Shown: positions 49,040 to 61,987 of the stretch, in pieces
Numbering within the stretch: the stretch's first letter is position 1
How the letters are laid out: each line of letters starts with the position of its first letter
Assembly: GCF_963676685.1 (NCBI RefSeq)
Contig: NC_092354.1
Span: 37,386,001-37,450,000, forward strand
Direction of reading: 5' to 3'
Source: Mytilus edulis
Taxonomy: Eukaryota
DNA: 64,000 nt
Program-made: the position numbers and the translations under genes
Notes under the pieces: generated by a model
The model's input: the letters and a program-made list of their open reading frames with translations, nothing else
The model's database searches: none
What the model was told of the DNA's origin: nothing

Positions 49040-49370
49040 GTTTGTAACCGATCCATCATCAAAGATGGCCGCCAGCGGGGGACTTAGTTTAACATAGGAC
49101 CCTATGGGAAATGCATACAAATGTCTTCTTCTAGAGAACCACTGAATGGAATGAAACCAAACATGGCATGAATGTTCATTATGAGGTGCTGACCAAGCGT
49201 TGTTACTTTGTAACCAATCCCTCATTCAAGATGGCCGCCAGCGGGGGACTAAGTTTAACATAGGACCCTATTGGAAATGCATCATGCTGACTTACTTTAA
49301 AAAATCTTCTCCTTTGAAACTGCTGTATCAATAGCAGCCAAACTTAGGCTAAATGAGTTTCAGAGTATTT
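49040..49370. repeat. HINE-type internal tandem repeat fragment (166-bp period)
   Basis: atggccgccagcgggggact occurs at 49065 and 49231. Confidence 0.7.
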
Positions 49371-49451
49371 TTTGCTATCAATAATTTCTAAATTTACAAT
49401 GACTTTACTATTTGTATGCACTGTTTTAAGATAATAAATATATGCATTACT

Positions 49452-49587
49452 TCACCAATTAGATGATTCTGATGAGAGTTGGCATCGGGAAGAAATAAGA
49501 CAATCTTCAAATCTTTCTTTACATGATTGAAATTAGCCGCTTTAAGGTTGGATGCACATTTTTTTCTCCTGTAAGTGGCCATCAACC
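49452..49587 (-). pseudogene. Possible CaRF-like/MULE-associated exon relic
   Basis: cag acceptor ... KIVLFLPDANSHQNHLIGE|gtaat, fitting LP....H.NH..G. Family assignment from memory. Confidence 0.3.
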
Positions 49588-49637
49588 TGTAACATTGGAT
49601 CAGTTTTTAATATTGATATAATTGAATAATAACGATA

Positions 49638-49890
49638 TAAAAAAGATGTGGTATGATTGCCAATGAGACAACTATCCACAAAAGACCTAAAATGACACAA
49701 ACATTAACAACTATAGGTCACCGTACGGCTTTCAACAATGAGCAAAGCCCATACCGCATAGTCAGCTATAAAAAGCCCCGATAAGACAATTTAAAACAAT
49801 TCAAACGAGAAAACCAACGGCCCTATTTAAGAAAAAAAATGAACGAAAAACAAATACTGATTTACAGGCTCCTGACTCAGGACATATACA
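49638..49890 (+). repeat. Abundant dispersed repeat beginning aagatgtggtatgattgccaatgagacaact
   Basis: Partial or decayed copies in both orientations near 5330, 14130-14235, 21365-21470, 33330, 36110, 54835, 58370 and 62815. Confidence 0.8.
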
Positions 49891-50270
49891 CATTTTTTGT
49901 CATAATAGGGCAATGGACATTATTGCTATACATGTATTTTTCAAAGTTACTACAAAGTGAACTTTACTTATTATATCCCTACCTTTATTTCTATGGATTG
50001 GAAAAGAAAATGTAAAACAAGAATGTGTCTAAAGTACACAAATGCCCCACTTGCACTATCAAGTTTTTATCTGCTCGTCACTAACAAGTCTAATGTAGAC
50101 GCTAGTCTCGTGTATATTAAATTATAAGCCTTGTCATTTCTGACAGCTAATCGTAATAATTGATAGAGGTAAAGTGTTTAGAGACGGCCTTTGAAGAAAT
50201 GATTCCATTTTGATGATTTTGTATCTAAGATTAAATTATTTACATTGGTTACAGTTCGGCAGAAGCCTTA

Positions 50271-51015
50271 TCTATAATACTAAAATTACGAGGTCCAATT
50301 TGTCAGCCGTCATCACGTAAAAACGACGAATCACAGAATTCAACTTTATATATAACTAATATAGTGCAAAGGTGTAGATTAAAAATTACACCAATCCAGG
50401 CCCTTTTGTTTTCCACGTAATTAATATTGCCAATAATTAAGAAGTTCCGGGTCGAGTCCGCTACCGATACCAATAGTATATTCACCTGTTACCTATTACC
50501 TTATCTGTACGTTCCGCATCTGACAGGCGCACCACCAAACGTTGTATTCAGGATTAATATGCTATATACACGGGTCATAACCACAGGGTTGATCCACTAC
50601 TAAATTGTCAAATTGTTACCTATTGTAGTATTTTAATCAGTAAGACTATCTAAGATAACAATACGAATACTAAAAATATGGACTAAAAATAAGGCGTATA
50701 GGTACAGTTTTCAATTTGTTAGTGGGCATGAAGTAAAACAGCGAAGCAAAGAATTCAACTTTATTTATAACTTATATAGGACAATGCTGTTGATTAAAAA
50801 ATACTCCATTCCAGGACCTTTTGTTTTTCAAATAATTAATAGTATTGTTTCAGTTCGACGGGTTCAAACAGAAAGACTTGAAAACAGAGAAAAACTGTGT
50901 ATCTTATAATCGGCATGACTTTATCAGATGACAATACTAATACTAAAATAAGACTTGCGCATAGTTATATACTTTAATTCAGTCACTGACCCGTGATATC
51001 ACGGGTGTGTTCTAG
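50271..51015 (+). mobile_element. Non-autonomous Helitron (745 bp)
   Basis: A|TC 5' end, 18-bp palindrome acccgtgatatcacgggt (50989-51006), CTAG|T 3' end. Internal ~110-bp imperfect duplication. Confidence 0.93.
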
Positions 51016-52049
51016 TTTTATATATTTGTATATACTTTAATAAAACATAGAAAAGAGTAGGATGTTTCGCGGGTAAACGTTGGGTCAGATCTAATGTAAA
51101 GGGGTGTTCCTTAGGAAACTCAGATACGAGTATCGAGACACTTTGGTAGAACACCCCTCCTTCAATAATTGTACGGCTACCATTGGGTATACAAGCAGGA
51201 GAGAATCATAGCTTAAGGTCGATTGTCGTAAAGTCTTCAGAGACATACGACCAAGGTACGGTACGTTTATAGTTGAGATCGCTGTAATTATGTATTAGAT
51301 ATTGTGATATTACTAAGAGTAATAAAGAACAGGTTGATGTATGTTAGAATTACGGACTTGTACGTATACAAGTGGAACCGTTTTGTACCTTATAGGACAA
51401 GTGTGAGTCTGTGTGACCACCTTGTAAAGTACATATTTGTACCAACGGAACAAAGACAAATGTGTAAACTTGTAGGGTACATTATTGTACCAGGAGGACA
51501 AGTTTGTTCCTGACCCAGGACAAATTTGTACCAGTGTATTTCTTTGAGTAGAATAGTTTATAGATAGATTATTAAAGATTGCAAAGAGCAGTTGTACATA
51601 TTTTGGTTCATTGACATTAGTATTTGAAAAAAGATTATTTGTTATATGTTTTGTAAATAGAGAGCAATTTTGGATCAAGTTTGCTGTACTATCAAAATTA
51701 TAATTAAATTACATTGTTTTTTTTTATTGTACTGGCCTTGTTGGCACACGCTTGCGACACTTTTAATTTAAACAATCCAGAGTGTCACGTGTCTTTCAAT
51801 TGTTTTTTTAACGCACTACTGATTTCTTTAATATCAAATTCTCGTTCTTGAAAAAAAGATGGAGAAAAAACCACGCGGTGATGTGGAAGTTAGCATTGAG
51901 GAACAAATGCTCATTCTTAGAGCTATGCCAAATATAATCGAACTGACAAGCTGTATATGTGGACGTCTTAAAGGATTCACAAAAACTGCCTGACAGGTTT
52001 GTGTTAACAAAAAAAGAATCAGTTGCATTTTTCCAAAGATCCATTTTTT

Positions 52050-52079
52050 AGGGGAAGGGGGGGGGGGGGGGGGGGGGGG
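52050..52079 (+). repeat. Poly-G tract (G-quadruplex capable)
   Basis: ggggaa followed by an uninterrupted G run of more than 20 nt. Confidence 0.9.
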
Positions 52080-53359
52080 TAACTGAATTTTACTTATTTA
52101 CGTTCATGACAAGTATTATAGCTCTTATCCTGGTTAAAAACCCGATGCAACATTCACGTAAACATATCAATTGTTTAGTTATTTCTTTTTATAATGACAG
52201 TCTGACATTTAACGAATATGGTGACAGTACCTATTTTAAAGATGAATTCAACAACTTGTATCATGCTGATTTTGTAGGCACTGGAATGGCCTATTTGTTA
52301 CATTCTATGATTGTCAGTTCAGATGTATTCCTGACTGAAGAAATTATACAGAACAGTGCATCAATAAGGATGAGTTCAAATTTATTGGGTAATCTATCAG
52401 TCATGCAGAATGCAAGAATTTTGATTGAAATTCATCCTAATGAAAACATTGAAGACAATAGAAAATGTTAAAATAATTTTTGTGTGCACAGAAAATTCAG
52501 ATAAATGTTAAAAAAAATCTACGGTGATGCAATCGTGTGCCCTCAATTTGAGAAGTGGATTTTATTTCCTTCTGTTACATTAATTTGATATGGCCTAAAT
52601 TACGGGTTGAGTAACCTTAAATATTAATCATATTTACTACAGACAGCTGAAACAAGATGGAGAACATATCATATAATGCCATGGCTTTAAACATTTAGAT
52701 GATTTTGAAAACATTTTCTTAAATTCATTTATAACGTGTATCACGTGTACATTTTTCAGGATATTAAATTGGAACTGCCTTGGAGCAACTGTAGAAAACA
52801 AAATATTCGTGAACTAGCAATTTAGCTGAATTTTTATGAAATGATATAATGTTTATTGCTTAAGGGGGCTCACGGGTTTAAATTGTCGCGCCCACTGCGC
52901 ATAGTAAGGGTATCCAAGACAGAAACCGGCCAGTTGTCACAACAATTCATACATTATTATTTAGCGTATTAAATATATTTTTGAACTAATTAAACAATTG
53001 TTTAATACAATAGATTACATTACGTTTATTAACATTTCTTTTTATCTCTTGAGTTATTTTGTTATTCAATTTTGCACTTCCGGTTTCCGGTTTCATTAAT
53101 ATATAAACAAGGAAGGCAAAAACAAAAGTTGTTGCTGTAGTTACTATTGAGGCGGTTATTGTAGACTAGAAAGGTAAACGAAAACGACGGAATCCGAAGT
53201 ACATTTCGAAGTTTTTATATGTCGTTTTTATGCTGTTTAACCTACGAAATGAACCAGCCAATGTCCTGTGCACCTAAAAGAGGTCGAGAAAATGGAAGTT
53301 AAAATACATCTGAACAACCGTAAACTATATAATGACCAGAATATCGTCTGTTGTAAGAA

Positions 53360-53850
53360 ATGGGTCGAGGGAAGTTGGCATACAATAGACAAATACAGAA
53401 AACTAAAAGAGTAGAAAACGTGGTTTACAACCGACAAATTTTTTTATCACAAACTATTGAAGATGATATAATTGTTGTCCCTGATATTTCTATCCTTATG
53501 TCAGAGAAACCACAACTACTATCTGTTTTGAGCATGTTTTCCATAACGAAATTGTTATAGATTTGGAAGTTAAAGATAACAATGTAGATGTTCACAAACA
53601 TTCCATCAGATCTTGTTGATTTCAGTTATTGCCGTTTCGTAGTAGAACTTGATGTCTTTGCCACACAATTACAACTGTGCACGAAGTGTTGTACTCCTTT
53701 GCACCTGCATAACATAACTCACTTGGAGTCGGACTTATTGGCTTGTCAGGAATTTTGTTTGTTCAGTGTACTGAATGTGGAAATGTTGACCGAATCAAAT
53801 TGGGCAAAACACACTATCGTACTGAAGTGAAGAGAGGAAATGGTATTTTT
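53360..53850 (+). pseudogene. Kolobok/Mutator-like transposase N-terminal Zn-binding region relic
   Basis: RFVVELDVFATQLQLCTKCCTPLHL...GLSGILFVQCTECGNVDRIKLGKTH...GIF. A possible ttaa|ggggg terminus lies upstream at ~52860. Confidence 0.7.
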
Positions 53851-54787
53851 GGGGAAAGACGGCTTCAAGCCGTCAATCCCCAATGGGGTTGACCAGAGTG
53901 ACATTCCCTCACATCATTCATTTTGTTTTTATAGTGTGGAAAACCTCCCAACAAATCTTACTGAGAATGAGGAGAAGAGGAGACACAAATGAATAGATTG
54001 ACTCTAAACACTTTTTTTTACACATTTCCCTTCTGTTTCTCTCGAAATTATCGTATATTGAGCTCTCCTTTACACCATTTACGTTTCTTTTACAATCCGG
54101 AAAAATCAGTATGACGAGATATTCTAAATATATCCAACCTTCATTATATTTTATAGTGACGTCATTGTTGGAATGCCACACTACGTTGAAGCAGGAATAT
54201 CCTTCACTGGTTATTTAAATCATGGCTATCTAAATTGAGGGTAGGGGTCGATTAAAAGTTGTTTTGGACTATGTCCACATATTTTTGTATAAATAAAGAT
54301 TCAGGCATGTAAAGGACACCATAAGTATTTGTTTTGGCTATAAAATACCCCAATGCCTGGGCGGTGCTAGGGGAAGATTTTTACTCTTATGGGTAGTTGT
54401 CTTATGCAGTTTTTTCTAGGCTTTTATGGTGGTTTATCGTTAAGACGGATGGGTTAACTAAAAGTCTGGACAAGCAGTAAAACAACGTCTGGTTCGTTTG
54501 ATCGTATAATCTCAACTCAATATAGTAACATGATACATTATAATAGAACAACGTTAAGATCTGCATCTCCTACAGACTTTATCGTTACTGATACATTATA
54601 CTCGTGCAGAGTCCATGCTTGATAGGCATACAAATCTGTTGGTCCGTGTGCTCAGCGAACCGTATGGCTGTGGCGAGTTTACACCTTTTCCCCGCGCTTT
54701 ACTGGTCCATGTTGCTATTCTCTGAAGGACTTCCACTGCCAACATTATGGTCATCCTTTGGGGAACCAGGTTTACACACAGCCTGAC

Positions 54788-55189
54788 CTACAATATTGAA
54801 AATGTCATAATCACATATTTTTCATATTTAAAAGAAGATGTGGTATGATTTCCAATGAGACCATTCTTTCTCTTTTTATCTTCTGCTGACAGTGTTGTGT
54901 CCTGTGGCTTTGTTGGGGAAGAAAAGTCAAAAATCGTCGGCACTGCGTCTGATTTTAACTGTAACTTTTTCATTTTGTATCCAATTGAAGCTGCAAATAG
55001 CGGATTCACCACAAACTGGTCATTGCTTAAATGATAAGCGCACAATCTAGATGTGTTGGATGGCTGAAAGTTCTTCCGTTTCACTTCGATAGTCCATTGT
55101 TGACGTCGTCTGTCATCTGTCGAAAACTCAAATAATCCTATCCCTTGACCTGACCCAGTTTTGCAGATAAATGCAACACAATACACCAT
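54788..55189 (-). CDS. THAP-domain protein exon (transposon-derived)
   Basis: MVYCVAFIC...FEF..D..RRQQW...SRLCAYHL...LKSDAVPTIF (C2CH signature plus AVPTIF box). A possible terminus ...tgtgatct|ttaa lies upstream at ~55465. Confidence 0.88.
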   Translation of the reverse strand: MVYCVAFICKTGSGQGIGLFEFSTDDRRRQQWTIEVKRKNFQPSNTSRLCAYHLSNDQFVVNPLFAASIGYKMKKLQLKSDAVPTIFDFSSPTKPQDTTLSAEDKKRKNGLIGNHTTSSFKYEKYVIMTFSIL

Positions 55190-55469
55190 CCTAAATATAG
55201 ATTTCAATTCATACACGCTCCATATATTGCAACTTCTAAGGTAAAATGAAAGTCGCCGATAGCACGTATGACGTAGTAGGTAAAGGGAGATCGATCAGGA
55301 GTAAAAAATACGCGGGCAATTCAAATGGGTTTAAAATCGTCTTTTTTCTTATGAATGAAATGGAATATTTAAGATTGAATCCGATTTTTATCTTTTATTT
55401 ATACTTATGGACACATGATAACAAGAAATAATATTATATAAAAAAAATCACTTTCTGTGATCTTTAAAC

Positions 55470-56160
55470 CAGACCTTCAATCCATTTTGACGACGACACT
55501 GCATGATATTTGTAGACCACCAGCATTGATGACAAACAGTCTACATCTTACATCAAAAGATCTAAACATTGGAAAATATGAAATTCTTGGCTGTGAACCC
55601 TTACATGATTTGGCGAACGTTATCCAAAATGTTATTACAGAGTTACCATTTCATATCTCTAATTCATCAGTTCAAAAGTAGTTTTCAAATGTTCAAACGG
55701 CACAATCGGTGACAAAAATCAGATCAAAGGATGCTCGTCTGTTTTTGATTGAATTGGCCCAGTTTACATCAGATTTAAATGGTAATGGAAAGTTAGTTAA
55801 GAAAAGAAGTTAATATTTCTTACGTACCCAGTGAATCAAGAACAACTGAGATGATTTGAAGACATCAGGCTCTTATATTTGATATGGTATGCAGGAATGT
55901 CATTGGAAAACCTTATAAAAAGACATCTAGAAAGTTTTATGACAGTCGTTTTCATAGTGCAGCTGATAAATCGGAGTAATTTAAAATACAGAATTCAATA
56001 ATAAGTAGGCAGGCAAGGCTTTTACCAGAACGACGGAGATCTACATTTTCAGCAGAACTGATCAATAAGCGACCTTCCTTTGTCCAATACCATCTGGAAA
56101 GAATTACAAATTTCATGTTGCAGGGTCAAGATGCCTGGTGGTATTTTGAAAATGGGTATT
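55470..56160 (+). pseudogene. DDE transposase relic, possibly Transib/Chapaev/RAG1-like
   Basis: LHDICRPPAL...YEILGCEPLHDLANVIQNVITELP...IGDKNQIK-DARL...TSRKFYDSRFHS. Contains stops, frameshifts and deletions. Confidence 0.45.
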
Positions 56161-56595
56161 TACTGCTCACTCTAAAAAAAACTGAAGGTGTTTGATGAAA
56201 TGTTGTTATATTTGCTAAATGTATGTGTAAAAGAGTGACCACTTTTTTTATATATCCATGTTTTATTTAAACCAATTTTTATAAATCTAGATCGTCCTTC
56301 AAATCCTTTAATTCACTTTTTTGTCCTTTCTTCGATAACATATCCCAAATTTGAATATCCATTGTCGGTTTAATCACTTTTGATGTAAAACCGGATAATT
56401 TTATCTGCAAAACATTTGACTGGCTCGGATTGCAAAACGGGCTTAATTGTCTAAACTATCAACTTCCTGGCCACTTAATTTTGAGGCTTTTAGAATACCT
56501 CTGTATATGTGGGTCCCATCTAGTAAAACACACTTGGTTTTCCTTTTCCCCTTGTTCATAAATTCTAATTGATCGTGAACGTCTATATTCATGCG

Positions 56596-56683
56596 TCCCC
56601 CAAGGGTGACTGGAGTATAGAAATATGGTCACTTGGTCTTCTCCCGACCGGCAGTAGTAAAATGCTTGCCGAAGTGGGGCATC
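56596..56683 (+). mobile_element. 5' head fragment of the SINE
   Basis: tcccccaagggtgactggagtatagaaatatggtcac...gccgaagtggggc. Confidence 0.85.
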
Positions 56684-56684
56684 T

Positions 56685-57237
56685 TGATTGCATTAAAATG
56701 GCATAAACAAATGCAGCTTTCGGTATCGTTCAATTTTGGTAAAGCAGGATCGTTGTTGAGGTGGAAGCATGGTTAAAAATAGCAATGTAAAGTACTGGTA
56801 ATTTTTCCATCATTTCTTTGATTATTCGAGACCATTCTAGAGATTTTACGCTATTGATATCTTTTTTCATCAGTCCACTTATAAAAAGCAATTTCCTGTT
56901 TCCCATAGTGGAAATTGATGAGTCTTTTTTAAACATAGTTCAGAAATAACTCCATTTCTAAAGTTATCTATCTTCATTAGTGCACCATATATATTTTTGT
57001 CATTTTGAATCACATTGATGAAGATGGATTTCTCTTCCTGGTTTTACTAGTTGTTATTTCTGCTTGATGTTGTAGTCTTTAAAAATTTTGTAACATCTGG
57101 TAGAACTGGATTATATAGTGTATTTCTGTACATGTATACATAGTCATGGTCAGAACCAGTACATGTTCCATTTTTTTGGGGTTGTGTCAAAATTGGTGTA
57201 ATGGTTATACCAGCATAACTATGGTCAGAAAGTCCTG
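56685..57237 (-). pseudogene. Possible Academ/DUF6589-type transposase N-terminal exon relic
   Basis: DHSY/DHDY low-complexity region, then LEWSRIIKEMMEKLPVL...IPKAAFVYAILMQSR. Family assignment from memory. Confidence 0.4.
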
Positions 57238-57288
57238 AAATGAATATAAATACTTATAGTTACTACCATTTTAATTATTTCTGAAGAA

Positions 57289-57618
57289 ACTAGAGCCTCT
57301 CTCACCTTGGTCTATGTGAATATTCAACAAAGGACACAGATGGATTCATGACAAAATTGTGTTTTGGTGATGGTGATGTTTGTAGATCTTACTTTACTGA
57401 TCATACTTGCTGCTTACAAATATCTCTATCTATTATGATTGGCCCAGTAGTTTTAGTGCAAAATGTTAAAGTTTACAAATTTTAGGAAAATTGTTAAAAA
57501 ATTACTATAAAGGGCAATAACTTCTTCGGAGGTCAATTGCTCATTTTGGTTATGTTGACTTATTTTTACTTTGCTGTAAATTATTGCTGTTTACAGTATC
57601 TCTATCTATAATTATATT
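57289..57618 (-). mobile_element. HINE-like family 2 fragment
   Basis: Matches the start of the 20211-21053 copy. Confidence 0.75.
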
Positions 57619-57727
57619 CGCTCTCACCCCATACGGAATTTACTGACCCTGAATATATCATATTAGGTCGAGCTTCGCTCCCACCCCATATGGAATTTAC
57701 TGACCCTGTATATATCATATTAGGTCA
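57617..57727. repeat. 57-bp tandem duplication
   Basis: ttcgctc.caccccata.ggaatttactgaccctg.atatatcatattaggtc at 57617 and 57674. Confidence 0.9.
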
Positions 57728-59867
57728 CTAACACACAATGTTACTTATATTCATCGCCTTATCTTATTTCTTGAGAAGGCTATGCTTTGCTTACTTTGAA
57801 AGGATGAATTTTGGATAACTTTCCTCTAAGAACATTTGGCCACAAACAATAACGTTAAGAAAAGTAATGAAGTCGTTAAAGAACTTATGGGAGTATAGTC
57901 CTTGCACTTGGACTCTACTCTTAAACCGTTACTAGATTTATTTAACACTCCAAGCAGACAAATTATTGTTTTAGGGTCAACAGCTGGTTGTTCTAGCACG
58001 TGTGTGAGATCACGAGGTTCCGGATAAACCAAAAATCAATCTTATCTGAGCCAGAAGTACAGAGGAGTTTTAAGAAGATTAAATAGCCATATTCCTTTCA
58101 TCATTATTTTCACTTCTAACGCTGTTTTCGAGCATTTATTTTAGGCCAGTTCAGAACAAACGGACAACCTTACCGAAAGTTATACAATTGAACTCTGCGG
58201 TAAACATTTCCATTTGTAGTCTTCAAAATCTAAGTTCCAAAAATAGGTGGTGATCCTATGTAAAGGAAGCTTATACGTAGAACGGAAATCTGAACAAGAG
58301 GAACAGTTCGGGGAAAATGAATGAAGAGCAATCAGCGATTAAAATTGGCAGAGTATCATTTTGGTATCTTGTGGAGAGATGTGTCATTGGCAATCATACC
58401 ACAAATCGGTGTTGTGTTAGTGTAACTCATACAAAAACTAAACATTATTACGTTCCCATTGATAAAACTCAATGTTTACATGTAGTTTATATCATGTTTT
58501 GTCTACATGCAGTCGATAGTCGATGTAGGCCTTGTGTAGACAAACATAGAAACTTTTAATTTTCCCATATATATAAAAAATAGAAACGATTCTTTTTTTT
58601 ATAAAATTTATACTTATAACACTTATTTATAAAGTTCTTTCAGAAATGTTTGTCTAATCTTGTTAGTTATAAACACACTTTACGTAGCCTTATTAAACTC
58701 TTATCAAGACTCATCCATCATCATTGCCAAACGCATATTTCATTTGAAAAGGTCTCCCTAAATATACTGGACATACACACTGACAGAAATATTTGCAACT
58801 GGTATTTACCCAAACAACGATTCACTCTAAAATGCATTACTGAAAAAGGGTTAGGTTAATTGTTTGTTTTCTGTAATATCTCCTATCCGTTAAAATAGAA
58901 TTAGAAATATAAAAAAAAAAACATTACCCCCTCCGTTTGCCAAATACTCCTTGGAGAAAAACTACCATTAAAAACAAAAAGAAAAGATAAAAATGTAGTG
59001 ATCATTAACATTGCCATTTTTTTTCTTCGTCTGATTTTTTAGAAGTCTTCGAGGTGCTGTACAGAATGCTGTGAAGTAAATGTTGATAATGTAGAATAAG
59101 ACGTGTTCAGTACAGCATCTACCATTATATAATACTGACGGTCTTCAACAATGATCCAATCAAATATGATTAAACATTTTAAGTAAACACATGTCAGTAA
59201 TTGTCACTTGTTTTTATATTTGTTATGAAGATGTACAAGCATTGTTTCCTTTAATTTATAAGAAGTCTATGATATATGGTATGTCATTTACATGGAGGAT
59301 TTTGAAGTTATAAATTTAGTCATGGTTCATTGATTTTGGAAGTTTTGCATAGCTGATATGGTTGTGTGTATCATACAACTTTACAAATTTAAGACAAACA
59401 TGTATCTCTGTGTCAAACCGTTTATTAAATACTTAGTCCCCTTCGCACACACCATTCAGATAGAACTACTATCCATTTTACAAGTCAGATTTAAAAAAAA
59501 AAAATTTCATTTTACAAGTAAGATTTTTAAAAATTATATATATAACATGCTTCCATGTTTATTCAACTTTACAAACTTATTATTGGTACATTGTATGCAG
59601 TTGATTATAAGTGAAACCAATTAGTAATGCAAAAGTATAAAACAGGTTCTTAATACTAAAGGGTTTAATAAATTTTTATTTCAAAACTTAACTTTTGTTC
59701 TTGATGAATTTGATAAGTCTGATGATATTTAACCAAAAAAGCCTTATCATAAAATGTTGTCCATAGGGTTGTAAATTGGACAACTTTTTTGAGAATTGTA
59801 TTTGTTGTAACCTTAAATCGTCATTTAATCAAGATTATTTCTCAATATGTATTCTAATCGTCTGCAA

Positions 59868-61635
59868 AATGTTGAGAAGTAGAACAGAGAAATTCCAACA
59901 GAAAAAGTCATTTGTTAAGCAATTCAAAGCTCAAGAGTCCAAACGAAATATATTTGTAAGTCATCCTGTTGACGAGCCCACAACAGAAGATCACAACTAC
60001 GTGCATGCCAACACCTATCAAGTTTTTTTCAGACTCAGATCTTGAACTTGGTGCTAGCTGTACCATTGACCGATCTCTAAATAATGACTGGAAGACAGGT
60101 AGACGGGTAGTCGAGCTTTAAGCCTTAGCCTAACATATGTTTTGCACCTCGTGTGATGCTCGACTGCACCTGACCGACATTGAGAGTGAGAGACGATATG
60201 GATTAGGCAGCATACTTTTATACTATTTAACGACGTTAAAACAGGAAAGAGATACAACGGAATATTTGACATCTATTCAAAATTAGCACAAGGTAATAAC
60301 AATGTTTTTTGTACATACATTAATATATTGTAGAAAAAAATGAAATGAAAGGGAACAAGTATGTAATCTTTTGGGTGGGGTGGGCAGGGATTGAACTGAA
60401 GACTGGCAGCTGTAGCCCACAGCTTAAATTGTGTAAGCCAAATATATATTCCTATATAAGAAAAGGAATTTTGGTCTATTCTCACTGATTTTTTTCTCTT
60501 TTCTAATTATTGTCTAGTTCTGAGACTACTACAGTAGTTAACTATGTTAAAGTTTGTTGACAAATTGACAGCGCATTTATATGCCATAATTAATTTATCA
60601 TTGTTCCTTTGATTGACGCAGAGTAGAATACTGAAATACAGTGTATTTGTCTTCAATTTCAAACCCTGATTTCAAAGAGGAAGAAGTCAATTATCTTACA
60701 CTGTTTTGTTATTTTGTTATATGCAATATATCTTGTCCAAGATTACTCTGAAGTCCAACGCCTGTTTAATACAGAATAAATATGTCAATTTGACAATCAT
60801 GATTTTAATAATGAATTGATTTCTCTGCTTAGTGTTGATGCATTTAATGTGATAAAAAATGTGACTGTTCTTGGAAGCAATTGTTCTTTAAAATTAATAT
60901 GTATGCAAAATATAGTAGCCATGGTACACACAGGAATGGGCCCAGTACAAATTAACAACTTGCTTGCAACTTCAAATTTACCACCAGTTGTGCCGTCCAC
61001 TCTTAAGAGGAGAAGGGAACAAAAGATTGATACAACTCTAAAAGATGAAGCAAAACAATCTTGTCTTGAGGCACAAAAGGAAGAAATTAAAAAGGGAAAT
61101 GGAATGGTAAAAAACTTTAAATTCCAAATGGTGAATAAATATACAATATATGTATATTGTTGGAAAATATGAGATTTATTTGTATGAGCTTTTCTCCTGT
61201 TTTGTAGCAAAGAAAACCCATGGACCGGTTACTTACTTGAAAATAGTGATTATCGAAAATTGCACATTAACTCACTACAATATATAAATACCAAAAAATT
61301 CAAAATATGGGGCTGATTCAGGACTTGCTTGATGTTGATCAGGAACAATATTTTGGAAGGTAATTATGTTTTCTCCTTTATTTTCAACAAAGGGAAAATA
61401 TTTTATAATCTGTTTCCAAATCTGCTTCTGTAAAAAGAGCTGTTTTAGAATACAGAAAGACTGCTTTATAGATGGTTGGTAAGGCAACATCAAACAATTC
61501 AAATTTTATTTCTTGCCTAACATGAATTCTTCAGTACAAGTATTTAAGATATGTATCAATTTTTTTTTAAGATGGAAGTAAGCTTTGACGGTGGGTGGCA
61601 GAAAAGGGGTACAGGATGGAATTATAAAAATACAG
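59868..61635 (+). pseudogene. Multi-exon Kolobok/Mutator-like transposase relic
   Basis: Exon with DHNY...WKTGRRVV...RYGLGSILY...GIFDIYSKLAQ|gt (60292). Exon AMVHTGMGPVQINNLLA..NLPP....LKRR...AKQSC. Exon 61572-61635 VSFDGGWQKRGTG carries the first catalytic Asp. Confidence 0.8.
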
Positions 61636-61987
61636 GTGAGAACTTCTCTGTTTATTTTTACCTGTATGAAAAGAAGAAAGATGTGTTATGAATGCTAAAT
61701 TAAGACATATATTCCCTATAAACCAAAACATTTAGATATTAACATATATATGTCCCACCATGGTCTTGAACAATATTGCAAAGCAAGCTCTAATTAAATC
61801 AAATTAAAACAACTAAATTGTATCTTCTTGTGAGACACAATCTCCTTAATTTTTATCTCTATAGAAGTCTGACTTCACTATCCTATTACCTGTCGATATA
61901 TTTATTTTTGGCATTGCACAAGTCATGTCTTCTCTGACTGTTTATGACGTTAAGATACTAAATCCCTGGGATGTGTTTTAGTTGATT

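Noticed and set aside
50078-50150. Second hammerhead ribozyme
   Set aside because: It resembles a decayed retrozyme piece (actaacaagtctaatgtagacg), but the CUGANGA and GAAA core is lost.
51800-52471. Short ORFs around the poly-G tract
   Set aside because: No recognisable domain or convincing splice structure.
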